Source: the human T2T-CHM13v2.0 reference genome, Homo sapiens | Length of the DNA: 64,000 bases | NCBI RefSeq assembly: GCF_009914755.1 | Contig: NC_060932.1 | Reading direction: 5' to 3' (one strand) | Shown here: positions 28,841 through 41,729 of the stretch, in pieces | Layout of the letters: each line of letters opens with the position of its first letter | Numbering within the stretch: the first letter of the stretch is position 1 | The notes under the pieces: generated by a model | The model's input: the letters and a program-made list of their open reading frames with translations, nothing else | What the model was told of the DNA's origin: nothing | Databases searched by the model: none | Program-made: the position numbers and the translations under genes

Positions 28841-31438
28841 TTAGCAATGTGGGTGCTAGTTTTCTCCAAATCATGGAGGCATGCTTGTGCTAAGTAATTT
28901 ATACAAGGTTTGATCTCAGAAAAGTCACTTAACCCCAAAATGAACTCAGGATTGCCCAAGTCCAAATTCCATGCCTTAACACCCATACTATCTTTTACAA
29001 GGTTATAATACTTCTGTTACATATAAAAAATCACTACCTCACTGTCCTTTAGATAAATGGGTATAAAAGGAAGTTATTTCACTCCTATATTCTATCCTGG
29101 GTCTGAAGAGAAGAGAATCTAAATATTATAGATTGTCACAGAACTTTTATTTTATAAAGGAGAATCTGCCAAGGACAGAACATGCACTAATATTTGGTCC
29201 CCTGCCATGCGTGAGGCATGTTGTAAGTGTTATAATTATTAACACCTATTTGTTACGAACACCACTGCACAGAAGAAATGGAGATTAGGAGAGTTAAAAA
29301 ATATGCTTGAATTTGCCCGACTTGGTAATAGAATATGAATATTGTGCTATATGAATCCAAAGTCTATGAATTTTCCATGACACCACTAGCTTATTGAGTG
29401 GTAGCTGTTCTTAAGAGTAAAACATGAGGATTTTTACTGTTAACACCACCTACGTTTCTTCTTTTTCACTGATATTTGAATATTCCCAGAATATAATATG
29501 ATATTTTTTATCAGAAACCTGACTTCCCTCTTGTTCAGCAACAACAGAATGTTATGCCAAATTAAATAAAGCCGCATTACCTAAGACAGGCCTACCAGAA
29601 ACAAGCCAAAAGGCTGGACAGTGCTCAGCCATGGATGCAATTTTGAATCTCCCAAGCAATTAAAGAATTTATTTTTCCCTGGGGTGATATAAAACATGAG
29701 CTGTCTTCTCCTTTATAAAATAGATCAAGACAGATCGGTGTGGAAATTCTGCTCAGAACTCAATAATTGGTCCCAAATCAGTCAAGTTACTTTTAAGTAA
29801 AGCCCAGATTTGACGCTCCTCCTACTTTCATGGAATATAGAACAAGAAACTGCACACATGTGTCAAATGACCAGCCTAGGACTCTCAAAAACCTGAAATC
29901 AACATGGAAGAAAATTCTGCTAGAGGAAATGTCCATTTTACTGATTCCTCCAATCCTCAATTAAGGTTTCTTTGAATCTGGAGATAATTGCGTGCAATTG
30001 GCCTTAGCAACACTCCAGCTCCCCATGGAACCAGGCCTCACAGACAGTGGCAAAGTGAAAATTATTCAATGCCCTCCCTGGAAACGTTATCATTAGAAAC
30101 AGGGTCGTAGTAAAGGAATCTGCTTGCAGTTGACAGCATCTCTCCCTGTCAGCAACATCTCATTTCCTGATGAAGCATTTATTTTCCCATCCTGATGAGA
30201 ACAAAGCTCTTATTTCATCGACAATGTCTGTCTTTTGGTGAACTTCTCGCCCTGAACTTCAACTCTTTTGAAATTGTTTTCCTTCTTCCTCAGATTTCCA
30301 AAAGAAACTGCTTCCCTGCAAGTGCTCTCCTGGCAGCCTTTTTCTCTTACTTTAGAAGACACATTTAGACACTCTGTTCCAGCGAGAAGTTCAACCAGGA
30401 CAATCAGCAGCACACACAACTCAGATCTGAAGGTGTGGAGGGATGATGAAACACGACGTTGTTGTTGGCTGCTGCCCTGCCAGAGCCAGCTGTTCCTTCC
30501 ATGCAATCTACATCTATGCTGATAGCCATCTATGCAGAGAGCTCTCCTGAGCACTCTGCCCACAGCTGAGCTTCCAGGGTCTGTGGCACGTGCAGCACCC
30601 ATAGCTTCTGTTAATGCAGGATTCCTGCAACAACAAAAAGGTACCACATGCTCTCACCTTTCAGTACAAGACTCTTCTTTCTGAGATTTCTAAACAAACA
30701 AAAAGTGCTGCAGCTAGGCTCTTAAAGAAATCTTGCCTAGTAGAAAATCTCAGGGTTTTTGTATTTGGAGAATGGATACTACTTTGCTGGTGCATCTATA
30801 AAATCATTCTTGTCTTGGCTTTTCTCTTAAAGCATGGCATCATCTTAATCATGACTGAAGAGAAAATCCCATAGTACTTAGCCATGTTTCTTAATCATGC
30901 TTTTCTGGTTAAAAACTGAAATCTGTCCTCTACCTCTGGGAGGTTAAACTCTATCCCAGCCTTCAAACTACTGGAAAAGAACCCGGATCCTTTCTTCGTG
31001 AACAAACAATCCATTTGCATCAATCACACCCCTCCCTCTAGCCTTTAACTCAAATGTACCCTCTTTCTCTCCTTCCTTAGGTGTCAGCATTTTCTTGACT
31101 CATTCTCTCAAACATTGGCTCTACTGAGAGGCCAGCTAAAACTGCAGATTGACTCAGGCATTCTGACCTTTGTCTCCAGGCAAACTACAGTTTCTGTTTT
31201 CTTCTGTAGTTTTCTGAATTTAGAATCTAAAGTATGTTGGTGGACTGGATTATCCAGATGTCAGAATACTGGACAGTTGTTAAAAAAGAATGTGTTTGGT
31301 CGATAATAGTTATGCCCATGTAGAATGATGCCTGACATATATTGTTAAAAAAATAAAAATAAGTCATAGAATAGTTCGTATATTTTATCTGGTTTGTGTT
31401 TAAAATATACATTTTAAATTATAAAAATATTACATATT

Positions 31439-31674
31439 GGTCAGGTGTTGTGGCTCACATCTGTTATCCCAGCACTTCAGGAGGTGGAGGCAGGTGGATC
31501 ATCTGAGGTCATGAGTTGGAGACCAGCCTTGCCAACATAGCAAGACCCGTCTCTACTAAAAAATACAAAAAAAAATAGCTAGATGTAGTGGTGCACACTT
31601 ATAGTTCCAGCTACTCAGGAAGCTGAGGCACGAGAATCGCTTGAACCTGGGAGGTGGAGGTTGCAGTGAGCTGC
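31439..31674 (+). mobile_element. AluS lacking its last ~50 nt and poly(A)
   Basis: Alu ends at ttgcagtgagctg; flanks aaaatattacatatt and aaaacagtacatatt. Confidence 0.93.
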
Positions 31675-31813
31675 AAAACAGTACATATTTATATGAAAAA
31701 AAAATTTAGAAATCACACTTCTTGGAAGGCCATGAATAAGAAAAAAAAACTACTTTTCACTTTATACTCTTTTGGTTTCTTTGCATTTGTACCATAAGCA
31801 TACGGTATTTTTT

Positions 31814-32059
31814 TGTTTGTTTTATTTTACTTTATACAAGTACAGAACGTGCAGGTTTGTTACATAGGTACACGTGTGCCACAGTGGTTTGCTGCACCTA
31901 TCAACCCGTTATCTAGGTTTTAAGCCCCACATGCATTAGTTATTTGTCCTAATGCTCTCCCTCCCCTTGTTCCCCACCGCCTGACAGGCCCCAATGTGTG
32001 TTGTTCCCCTCCATGTGTCCATGTGTTCGCATTGTTCAACTCTCACTTATGAGTGAGAA
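31814..32059 (-). mobile_element. Short L1PA8-like 3'UTR insertion
   Basis: gcaggtttgttacatagg...atctaggttttaagcccc; TSD agcatac(gg/ac)tattttt. Confidence 0.92.
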
Positions 32060-34474
32060 GAGAGCATACACTATTTTTTAAAGAATTAGCATAAATAATA
32101 TTAATAATAATAAATTGGTAGGAGGCAAATCAGATATTATGGTGAGGTTAGCTATAAAATAAAGGAATTTTAACTTTGTTTTTTCCTGAGTCAGTAGTTG
32201 CTTCTGCTCTCCAATTAGCTCTTTGTTGAAAAATGCTGACATATATGTCTCCTTGGTCTATCGTGCATTTACATCAACCACAAGCTTCTTTTCCTCTTCA
32301 AATTTCAGAATGCAGCATTCATTCTGCACTGAAGGTGCTGCCACATCCCCTTCTTTCTGGCAGGTTCATGCAAAAGTCAATGTCTTATCAACACCTTGCT
32401 GCAGAACCATGAGCTATTCAGCGGTGAAAAAGCAGAGGCCTTTTCTTCTTCTTGCCTTTCCTAAAGTGTCAGGAAGAGTGTTCAGGGGGAGCAAGACTGT
32501 CTGAAGCCAGGCCCCCCAGAGGGTCTCAGCCTTCCGGGAGAAGCTGAGCTGGAGGACTGATTGCAGGAGAGTAAAAGTGGGAACTCTAGACTGGTGTAAG
32601 CAAGCAGAGTAGGTTATCCAGAGGCACTGGGGGACCATGGGCAACTTGGTCAGCGATTGAAATACGGTGAGTGGTGCCAGAAAGTCAGGATCAATGGAGG
32701 ATTTGCAGTAGACGCTATAATTTGGCTGTGGGATGCAGAGGCAGAAAGATAGGGGTCTAGGTCCAGAGGAGGTACCAGCTTAACTGGTTATCCAGACAAT
32801 TTGGGGGTGAGGGCTCAGTTATCAGAAGTAGCGCACAAGCTTAGGAAGACACTAACAATAGGGCTGATTTGTGCCGAGCTGCCTCATGGACCAGACTCAG
32901 GCACCTTTTAATCCCTCCTAGCAAGGAAGGATGGGTCCCACTGCCTGAGGTCAGACGAAATTTGGAAGGCCAGTGAATCAATACATTATATCAGCCAGTG
33001 TGGGGGATGAGGACCATTTCAGGTCATTTAGCACTAGACACAAGTGGGGCCAAGGCCAGCCTGATTCTGACATCAATTACAAAGTTTAGAAAAAGATAAA
33101 ATCTGCCTTTTTTCCCTTCCTTTGGCACATTCATTGGACATCAGATACTGGAATCCATTGCATGTCTTGAAAGCCTTGAGCTGTGAAGCATAACAAAGAA
33201 ACAAACAAGATACAAGTAACTGAACAAACAAAAACCCTGGAACAACACTCTGCAATCTTTGATAGGAAACGTGCTGACTTCTGTGGAGCCTGCAATGAGG
33301 CCCATCCACAGCCTTTAACCCTGGTTGCAATTTGCGCTTTATGTCCAGATTAGAGGAACACACCCAATTTCTTTAAATCACATTTAATTTGTTTCTTGGA
33401 AATTCTAACGTGTTCCAAGAGACCAACTTCCCTGTTGCCAAATCTCCTCTTGGCCTGATCTTTCTCATCTCAGGTTTTGAGGTATTGTCCATTTGCATCT
33501 CACACAATGTTACTCACTTCTTAGTCAGATGGCCTGGATAAGTTGCAATAGTTTCCTCTTCCAGGACTGAAACTGCTACAGCAGGCTAATTGTTGGAAAG
33601 GGTGAAAGTGTGGGATGTGGGCAAGAGGTAGTTAGACAATTACATTTTTTCCTTTAACTGTTGAGCTATAGACAATCCAACAGGGTCCTGTTAGAACAGT
33701 TACATTCTGGGAACTCACCAAATAGAGTTCAACTCTTAGTAATATTTATTTCACTAATACAAATTGCAGGTGGAGAAACACAAAAAAACAACTTTGGGCA
33801 AATTTAACGAGCCACTGTATTTGTAAATTGAACACCCAGTGAATCACCATACCTCCAAATCTAGCCCATTTTGAAATTTAAAATTTTGAAATAAAACTGC
33901 ATTCTTTTAGCAAGCGTTCCAAGTCCTAAAAGGCAATCTGTGTTTCTGTTCAAAATCTGGCTAAATATATTTAGCTTTCTCATTCTTAAGGCATGGTTGC
34001 TTCAAATACTACTCTGATATTACCCCCAGAAATTTCTCCTGATATGTTTTCAAGGCGATAGACCTTCAAGAAAAATGCCTAGGATGTTTCTCTTAATCCT
34101 AGTCTTGTAAGTCATCATGGTTGATAAACAGATGATGGATCCCTGTTCTATTTCATCAGCTGCTGCTTTACTCCTTCTGGCTGTTATCTAGTGAGTCATC
34201 TTCTTGCAGCAATTCATTTAAAAATGTTTAACCTGCATATGCAAGCATGGTACTTGCTGCAGTGAAGACCAAGTAGTAAAAGACAAGAGTATTTTGTACA
34301 AGGTGACCACAACAAATATTTATTGAATCAACAATTGTATTGAATAATTATTTCACTGAGGGGACAAAATGAGAATAATCAGCTCTATTTGGCTGAATAA
34401 AGGAAGTTTTTAAAGACAATAAGACATTTGAAAATCTTAAAGGATGTGTGTGTTTCACAGACCTACTGGAAAGG

Positions 34475-34670
34475 GGCTATGGACTGAATGTTTTTGTCCC
34501 TCCAAATTCATACATTGAAGCCCTAACTCCCAATATAATGGCATTTAAAGGTGGAGACCTTTGGGAAGTGATCAGGTTTAGGTGAGGTCATGAGGGTGAG
34601 GCTCCTATGATGGGATCAGCGTCCTTATAAGAAGAGGTAGAAAAATAACAGTGTGCGCTCTCTCGCTTTC

Positions 34671-34701
<31 letters not shown>

Positions 34702-35435
34702 CTCTCTCATTCTCTCTCTCTCTCCCCCCCTTATCTCTCTCATCTCGCTCTCTTCCTCTTTTCTCTCTCTCCCTCTTTTCTCTCTCCCTCTCTCTCCTCT
34801 CTCTCTCCTGTCTGTCTCATCTCTCTCCTTCTCTTCTCTCTCTCCATATTTTTTCTCTCTCCATCTTTTTTCTCTCTCTCCCTCTTTTCTCTCTTTTTTC
34901 TCTCTCTCTCCATCTCCCATCCCTCTCCTCTCTCTCTCACCTCTCTCATCTCTCTCTCCCTCTCTCTCTTTTCTTTCCCTCTCCCTCTTCTCTCTCTCTC
35001 CCTCTCCCCTCTCTTTCCTTCTCATCTCTCTCCCTTTCTTCTCTCTCTCCCTGTCTTCTTTCTCATCTCAATCCTTCCCTCATCTTTCTCTCTCCCTTCT
35101 CTCTCTTTCCCTCTCTCTCACTATTTCTCTCCCTCCCTCTTCTCTCTCCCTCCCTCTTTTCTCTCTCTTCCTCCCTTTTCTCTCTCTTCCTCCCGTTTCT
35201 CTTTCTCTCTTTCTCTCTCTCTCTCTCCCCCCTTCCCTCCCTCCACTATGTGCCCACACAACAAGAAGGCAGTCATCTGCACACTAGGAAGACAGCCCTC
35301 ACCAGGAACCAAATCTGCAAGAACCTTTGTCTTGGACTTCCCAGCCTCCAGAACTATGAGAAATTAATTTTTGTTGTTTAAGCCATCTAGTCTATATATG
35401 GTATTTTGTTTTGGTAGCCTGAGCAGACTAAGACA
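34475..35435 (+). mobile_element. MLT1A-type MaLR solo LTR with internal CT expansion
   Basis: gctatggactgaatg...ccaaattcat start and gcagactaagaca end; 5-bp TSD aaagg on both sides. Confidence 0.9.
34658..35244. repeat. CT-rich polypyrimidine tract (~590 bp)
   Basis: Almost exclusively C/T on the plus strand; source of the spurious 238/242-aa Ser/Leu ORFs. Confidence 0.97.
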
Positions 35436-36683
35436 AAAGGTAAGAGGGAAGAATGGCATTCTCAACAGATGGAAGAGCTCAGCATCACAACGTATGGAGA
35501 TGTGCAATGCCATGGCCACACTGGGCAACTAAAGTCACTCATGCCACTGCATCATAGAGGAGGTGGCAATGGCAAGGGCTGTACCTCAACATTTGACAGG
35601 CACCATTCCACAGGAAGCACAACCTTCTGTCTCTCCCAGCCACAGTGAATTGTGAACACTTATGGGTGTATTATTCTATCCTTCAGATATTTTAAAGCGA
35701 TTAATAAAAATAACAACATTGCTGTACACTTTTAAAGCAGTTTCCTACCCATAGCCCATCTGATTTGTTGCTGCAACTGTGTGTGGTAAATGGAATATCC
35801 CTGTCTTCACAAAAGAGGGAACTGAAGATCTGAGTGGCTTACAGGAGGAAGCCTTAATCACTCCCTCCTGGCTCCTTTCAATGCCATTTGTGAGAAATTC
35901 TGCTACGTGCTCCCCACGTGCTTCAGAATTCTTCCTTCATTAAAGAAAAGATTCTGCCTCACCTCTAGAAAAGAACCATTTCTTATGCTTCTTTTTATTT
36001 CCAGTACTGAATTCTGTGACAGGCACATAAAAAGATACATCATAATTGAGAAGAGATAGCTGAGTCTCTTCATTCCAAATCCCATATGTTTGCCCCCAGT
36101 TCTCCCAATGATAGGTAATATCATTCCCTAAATAAAGGCTCCTTTCTTGACGGCTTCCTTGTTCTCTGCACATGCTTGTGCCTATGTACCTCTTCTAAAC
36201 ACCATTTTCTATCACCAGTTCATTAATTTCCTAATGCTTAGCACAGCAAGGAACTAGTAAGTACTTACTATAAAATTAAATTTACTTTTTATTATTTTAT
36301 GATTAAGAGATAGTAGCCCAAGCCTAAAACAGTTGTACTGTACAGATTTCAGATGTGTTGCCTGTGTGCTGTGTGTCAACACCACTTGCAGAAGGTCTTT
36401 GGGATCCTAGATACCAAGACAAGGTGATATTCACAAGCTGCCATGCCCACACCTGGGAGAAGCAAGAGGGTTAAACTCTCCTGGTCCTGAAATTCTTCAT
36501 GCATTCCAGTTCTGTATCAGTGCTTAAATGTCACTTGATACTTTATTTTCTGTCCTCTTTCAATGCTCTAGATATTACTAGTACCTCTCACTCTACATAA
36601 TAGGAACATTTCTGAAAATGTATATACAAACCAAGTCTAAAATATTTCATGCTGTAGGAAAGAGCACTTGGTTTTAAACAACG

Positions 36684-36873
36684 ATCCAAAAGATGCAAGA
36701 TAAAAATTGTTTAATTTTTTATGAATTACCAAATATGAAAGTAAACATGGTCTTTAAATACTAAACATTCAATATTCAATATTAAATTAATTAAAATAAA
36801 TTGAATATTAAATTAAAAATATTAAAACAAAAAAGAAAAAATCCAGCAGTTTTTTACCTTGCATCTTTTGGAT
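36684..36873. repeat. 23-bp inverted repeat flanking a 144-bp AT-rich spacer
   Basis: atccaaaagatgcaagataaaaa (36684-36706) versus tttttaccttgcatcttttggat (36851-36873), 22/23 complementary. Confidence 0.9.
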
Positions 36874-37175
36874 AAAAAGTAGAGTTCTGGAGGAAAATAT
36901 CCTAGGGTAAAACGTCTGTTTTCCTGGGGTAAGAGTCTAGAAATTTTCCAAGAGGTTATTTCTTCCTACTCAGGCTGCAAAGAGAAGATTAAAAAGAAAA
37001 ACCCAACCACACATCTTTAGCAAGCTTAAATTTAACATGTAGATGACCAAGTGTGTAGAAAAATAATTTATTTTTTTAACTGATTTCATCTTCCTAGTGG
37101 CAGAAAAAAAATTCCGACTTGCCACTTAAAGGCTACTCTCTTCATTTAAAACAGTCTCTTTTCATTTAGCTCTGA

Positions 37176-37486
<311 letters not shown>

Positions 37487-38457
37487 CCTGATTTAGTTTT
37501 ATATCTACACAATTTGAATTTCGGACTCTTTATAGCCACTTAATTAATGTTCACAAGGTGGGAGCCAATTGTAATTATGCATAAAGGTTACAAATAACAC
37601 AGGGAACATTTTGAGTTACTCTGTGCAAAAGTGGCTCTCCCTGGCACTAGGTCTCTCCCATGCCTGGATCGAGTTGATTGAAAGTAACTTCCAAGTCCTT
37701 TCCACGGCTCTGGGCTCTGGATTCAGGGCTTTCTAAGTTCAACCCTTTCTGACTTATAAATCATACTAAGGGTGCAACCTTAGGCAAATCATTTTAATAC
37801 TCAGCCTCCTCACTTGTAAAACAGGCAACTGCTTCATGGGAATTACCAGCGAGAATTGAATTAGATAACAGCCGCAAGGAGCTTTGATGTTGCTGCCTCT
37901 CAAACTTATCTATGATGAAAGTCTAGTTTTGGGGGATTTAAAAATTCCTGAATAGCTACATACAGGTATTTTTGTAGAATGTAGTAAAATAAATTATTAG
38001 AAATTAAATAACAAAAAGGTAAATGAATATACAACAGAAGCCCAAATTACTATAAAAGTAATCACTTTAATTTCTGTGAGTATCTCATTGTCACCAGTAA
38101 TAGTTTGTGTGCTCTGGTCTGCAGGGCACTTTAGTAACACTACTGTACACAAGATCTAGCACAAACACACAGTCCATAAATGTTAGCTATCATTAGCTAT
38201 CATTGTATTTACTGAATCTCAGTAGAAAGATGAGAGAGAGGGTCAGGTAGTATGCACATTAACTCAACCCCAGTGCCATCAGTTCATAAATAGTAAGTAT
38301 TCCAATGCAATAGACACAAAAATTTCCAAACCCAGACCACATGCATAATCATTATTCACTTATCTTAAAAAATAAGATGCTTTAGGAATAATTTTATTTT
38401 ATAAATGAGAAAACTGCAACCAAGAACTGTTAAAGGACTTGCCAAAATTCATAAAAC

Positions 38458-38620
38458 TGGTTGCAAACCTGGCTGCACATTAAATCACCTGAGAGTGCTT
38501 TTAAAACTACTGCTGCCAAGGTGCCACACTAAACTAATTGAATCAGAGTCTCCAGTGCTGGGACCTGCACATGGAGTATTTTTAAAGCTGCCCGTGTGAT
38601 TCTAAAATGCAAAGCTTGGT
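38458..38620. mobile_element. MER5B/MER5A hAT-Charlie MITE
   Basis: ggctgcacattaaatcacctg...aattgaatcagagtctc...gtgattcta pattern. Confidence 0.7.
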
Positions 38621-38687
38621 TAGGATTTTCTGATAGAACCTCTCATTGGATGAAACCAGACGCTTGTCTCCTAACCTACTATCCACA

Positions 38688-38725
38688 ACATCACATCACA
38701 TCACATCACATCACATCACATCACA
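38688..38725. repeat. (ACATC)n pentanucleotide microsatellite
   Basis: About 7.5 perfect units. Confidence 0.95.
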
Positions 38726-40039
38726 GTTACAGTGGAGGCTATGTTATAAGGGCAACATTTGTCTTGGAAGAATGTAGATGAATTAATTTTGTGAAAATCA
38801 AAATTTAAGATAAAGATAGATCTAGATTAAGCAGAAGACTAATGAACCTAACCCATGATCTGTACAAAGGTACCTTCCTCAGTTTCTCTAAATGTCCCCA
38901 TGGGCGAGTGCTGAACCCCAGGAGGAACCCTTGAGAAGCTGGAATGGAAGGGTGATAGCCAGAATGGAAGGGTGCAGAGGGTGCACTCTGCATAACCTTT
39001 TAGATTGAGCTTGGAATTCAAGGCACAATATTTTTTAAATGAAATATCCTATTTCATCCCTATTTCCAGAATTGTAATCAGAACTTGGGCTTTTACGATG
39101 TATTATTTTTCTCATTTGGTTTCCCTTGGAAGAGAATGGAAACTCTGAGTCTTGGCCACTCTTCCGTCGCATTCTGATTTCCCCATTTAGTGGGCCAGAG
39201 TGCTTCGTGTACTTTCCTTAATATCAATGGGATTGAAGTGTATTCTGTGGAAAATGTACAATGAAGATTTATAGACTTCAAAAACATCATAAAAAGTAAG
39301 CGAAATGTTGAATTTTTGTTAAAGGTAGGTGTGGTACATTTGATGTGCTTGCCAATGTTTGGGGAAAAAGCATTTAAACTTTCCAAGGCTTCCTTGATTT
39401 TGTTTGTATTCAAAATATTCGTTCCTAGACCTCCCCTGTGCAGAAGTCACTCTGAGCTGGTTGGGGAGGTCATAGACACACAAGAAGGAGTGGGACAAAT
39501 TTGATCACATCATAAGCAAAACTGTGTAACCTACTAGAGCAGGAGATTATGAGGAAGAAATATTCTCTGAAAAATTCTGCTTATTTATCGTTTAGCCTGG
39601 CTACCTCATATTTCTCGTTCAGTCTCACCTTAACTCCCACTGTCTAGGCCAGTTTGGATCTCTGTGTAATGTTAGATATTTCTTTAAAAAAAAAAAACTA
39701 TTGATTATTACAACTTTATTTGCTTGATGTATCTTTCCTTCTGGAGTGTAAGCTCCATGTCTACCTCATTCTATTGCTAGCACCACAGTACCTAACACTG
39801 TGCCTGGTATATAGCACTGTTCAGTTTGTTGAATGAATGAATATGCCTCTTACTGGCACAGCCACCCACACACACATTGTTTTAGTGAATATGAATATTG
39901 GCCAAAAGAGTAGTGGGAAACATACTCATTTTAAAGCTTTTGTGAAGTCTTTAAGTTCTGCTTTATAAAACCCACAAAGGACTCAAACTTTCAGCCATCA
40001 TTACGAAATCAAAAACCACTTTTTAAGATGGTTGTAGAT

Positions 40040-40270
40040 GGACTGAAACCTTAAACTTGGAATCACTTGGGCTCAAATATTGAGTCTGCCACTTGATAGC
40101 AATTTACCTAATTGCAAAAAGCCTCAGTTTTCACATACATAAAATGTCACACAGTAATAACAATAATGAATAACATACCACACAGCATGGTTGTAAGGAT
40201 GGAATAAGATTATATATAATTTAAAAGCTAGTAGTTTCTGGTACAGGGTAGGTCCTCAGTCAATGCTTGC
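40040..40270 (+). mobile_element. MIR SINE
   Basis: ctgccacttgatagc, gcctcagttttcac and ggttgtaaggat motifs. Confidence 0.65.
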
Positions 40271-40759
40271 AGAATTTGAAAGAAAAAAAAAAGCAATGAC
40301 AGTTTTGCATAGAAGGTTTCCAGGTCAAACGGTATTTCCAGGTGAAGAAGGCTCAGATAGTTGTTCATGGTGACTCTGCTCCCTGGGACCCCTGAGCCAC
40401 AGCTCCTGCTGCAGTAACTTTTGTTCTACCTGTGGTTTCTGGAGTCACATCAGAGGTTTGGGATAATTTGAATTAATATTCCCTCTATAATGTCAGATAA
40501 TCTGAAACATCTATTGCCCCTATTTTTGCCTTGATTACTTTAAAAAATCAGACTGAAAATTATTTTAGAAACTACAGTGTAAAATAATATATTGGTATAC
40601 TATTTATAAAATTAGTTGTAGAAAGTTTACCTAATATCAAACTCAGATACTCACAAACTTGGTTTCACTTTGATCTCCCTAATTTATTTTGAAGAGCACT
40701 TTGTACCTACTTTTTTATGTAAGTCTTGCCTTAATCCAAAATCAACTATTTTTTGAGCT

Positions 40760-40955
40760 GTTAACAACTTATAAAGTTTATGACTTTAAGGAAATTACTT
40801 AACTTCTTTATGCCTTAGTTTTCTTAACTATTATGTGGGGATAATAATAATACTTAATCATATAGGGTTGTCTGGAGCACCAAATAAGTTGATTTGCGTG
40901 AACCTCATTAAGTGTCTGGCAACTCATAAGAATTTAACAAATATTTGCTACTTTA
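40760..40955 (+). mobile_element. MIR SINE
   Basis: aattacttaacttctttatgccttagtttt...ggggataataataatac...atagggttg. Confidence 0.7.
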
Positions 40956-41402
40956 ATAGTACTGACTAGATGAGTCTCATGCACACACACACAAGAAACC
41001 ATCTAAAAACACAATCAGTAATTACTGCTTATGGTGACTTTCTATGAAAATATTACTATTAGTTGATTGTGCTCAGAGTGCATATTTAACAGGTATTTTT
41101 AAATTTCTATGTAATTGAGGACCAGTATATACTGAGTCTTTTTAAAAATTTCATTAATGCACAGAAACATTCCGGAGTATACTGTAGACTAGAGTTTCTC
41201 CAATTGTAGTGTGCTAACCACCTATATTAAATACCTCTTGTGCTTTTAAACAAATTTTAAACAATCTTTAGACATGCTGAAATTTGTAAATAGTTTAAAT
41301 AGATTGTATTTATTACTTTTGTATCATAATGACAAAATGACATGTTCACAAAAATGTCCTGATACCTTATGTAGTAGTTAAAATAGAAAAACACAAAATT
41401 AG

Positions 41403-41729
<327 letters not shown>

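Noticed and set aside
30210-30647. 145-aa minus-strand ORF in unique DNA
   Set aside because: No recognisable domain or family, and a length attainable by chance; needs PhyloCSF or ribosome profiling support.
34588-35381. Longest ORFs (238 aa, 242 aa and antisense 145 aa)
   Set aside because: Translations of the CT/GA tract (Ser/Leu or Arg/Glu runs) inside an LTR; not genes.
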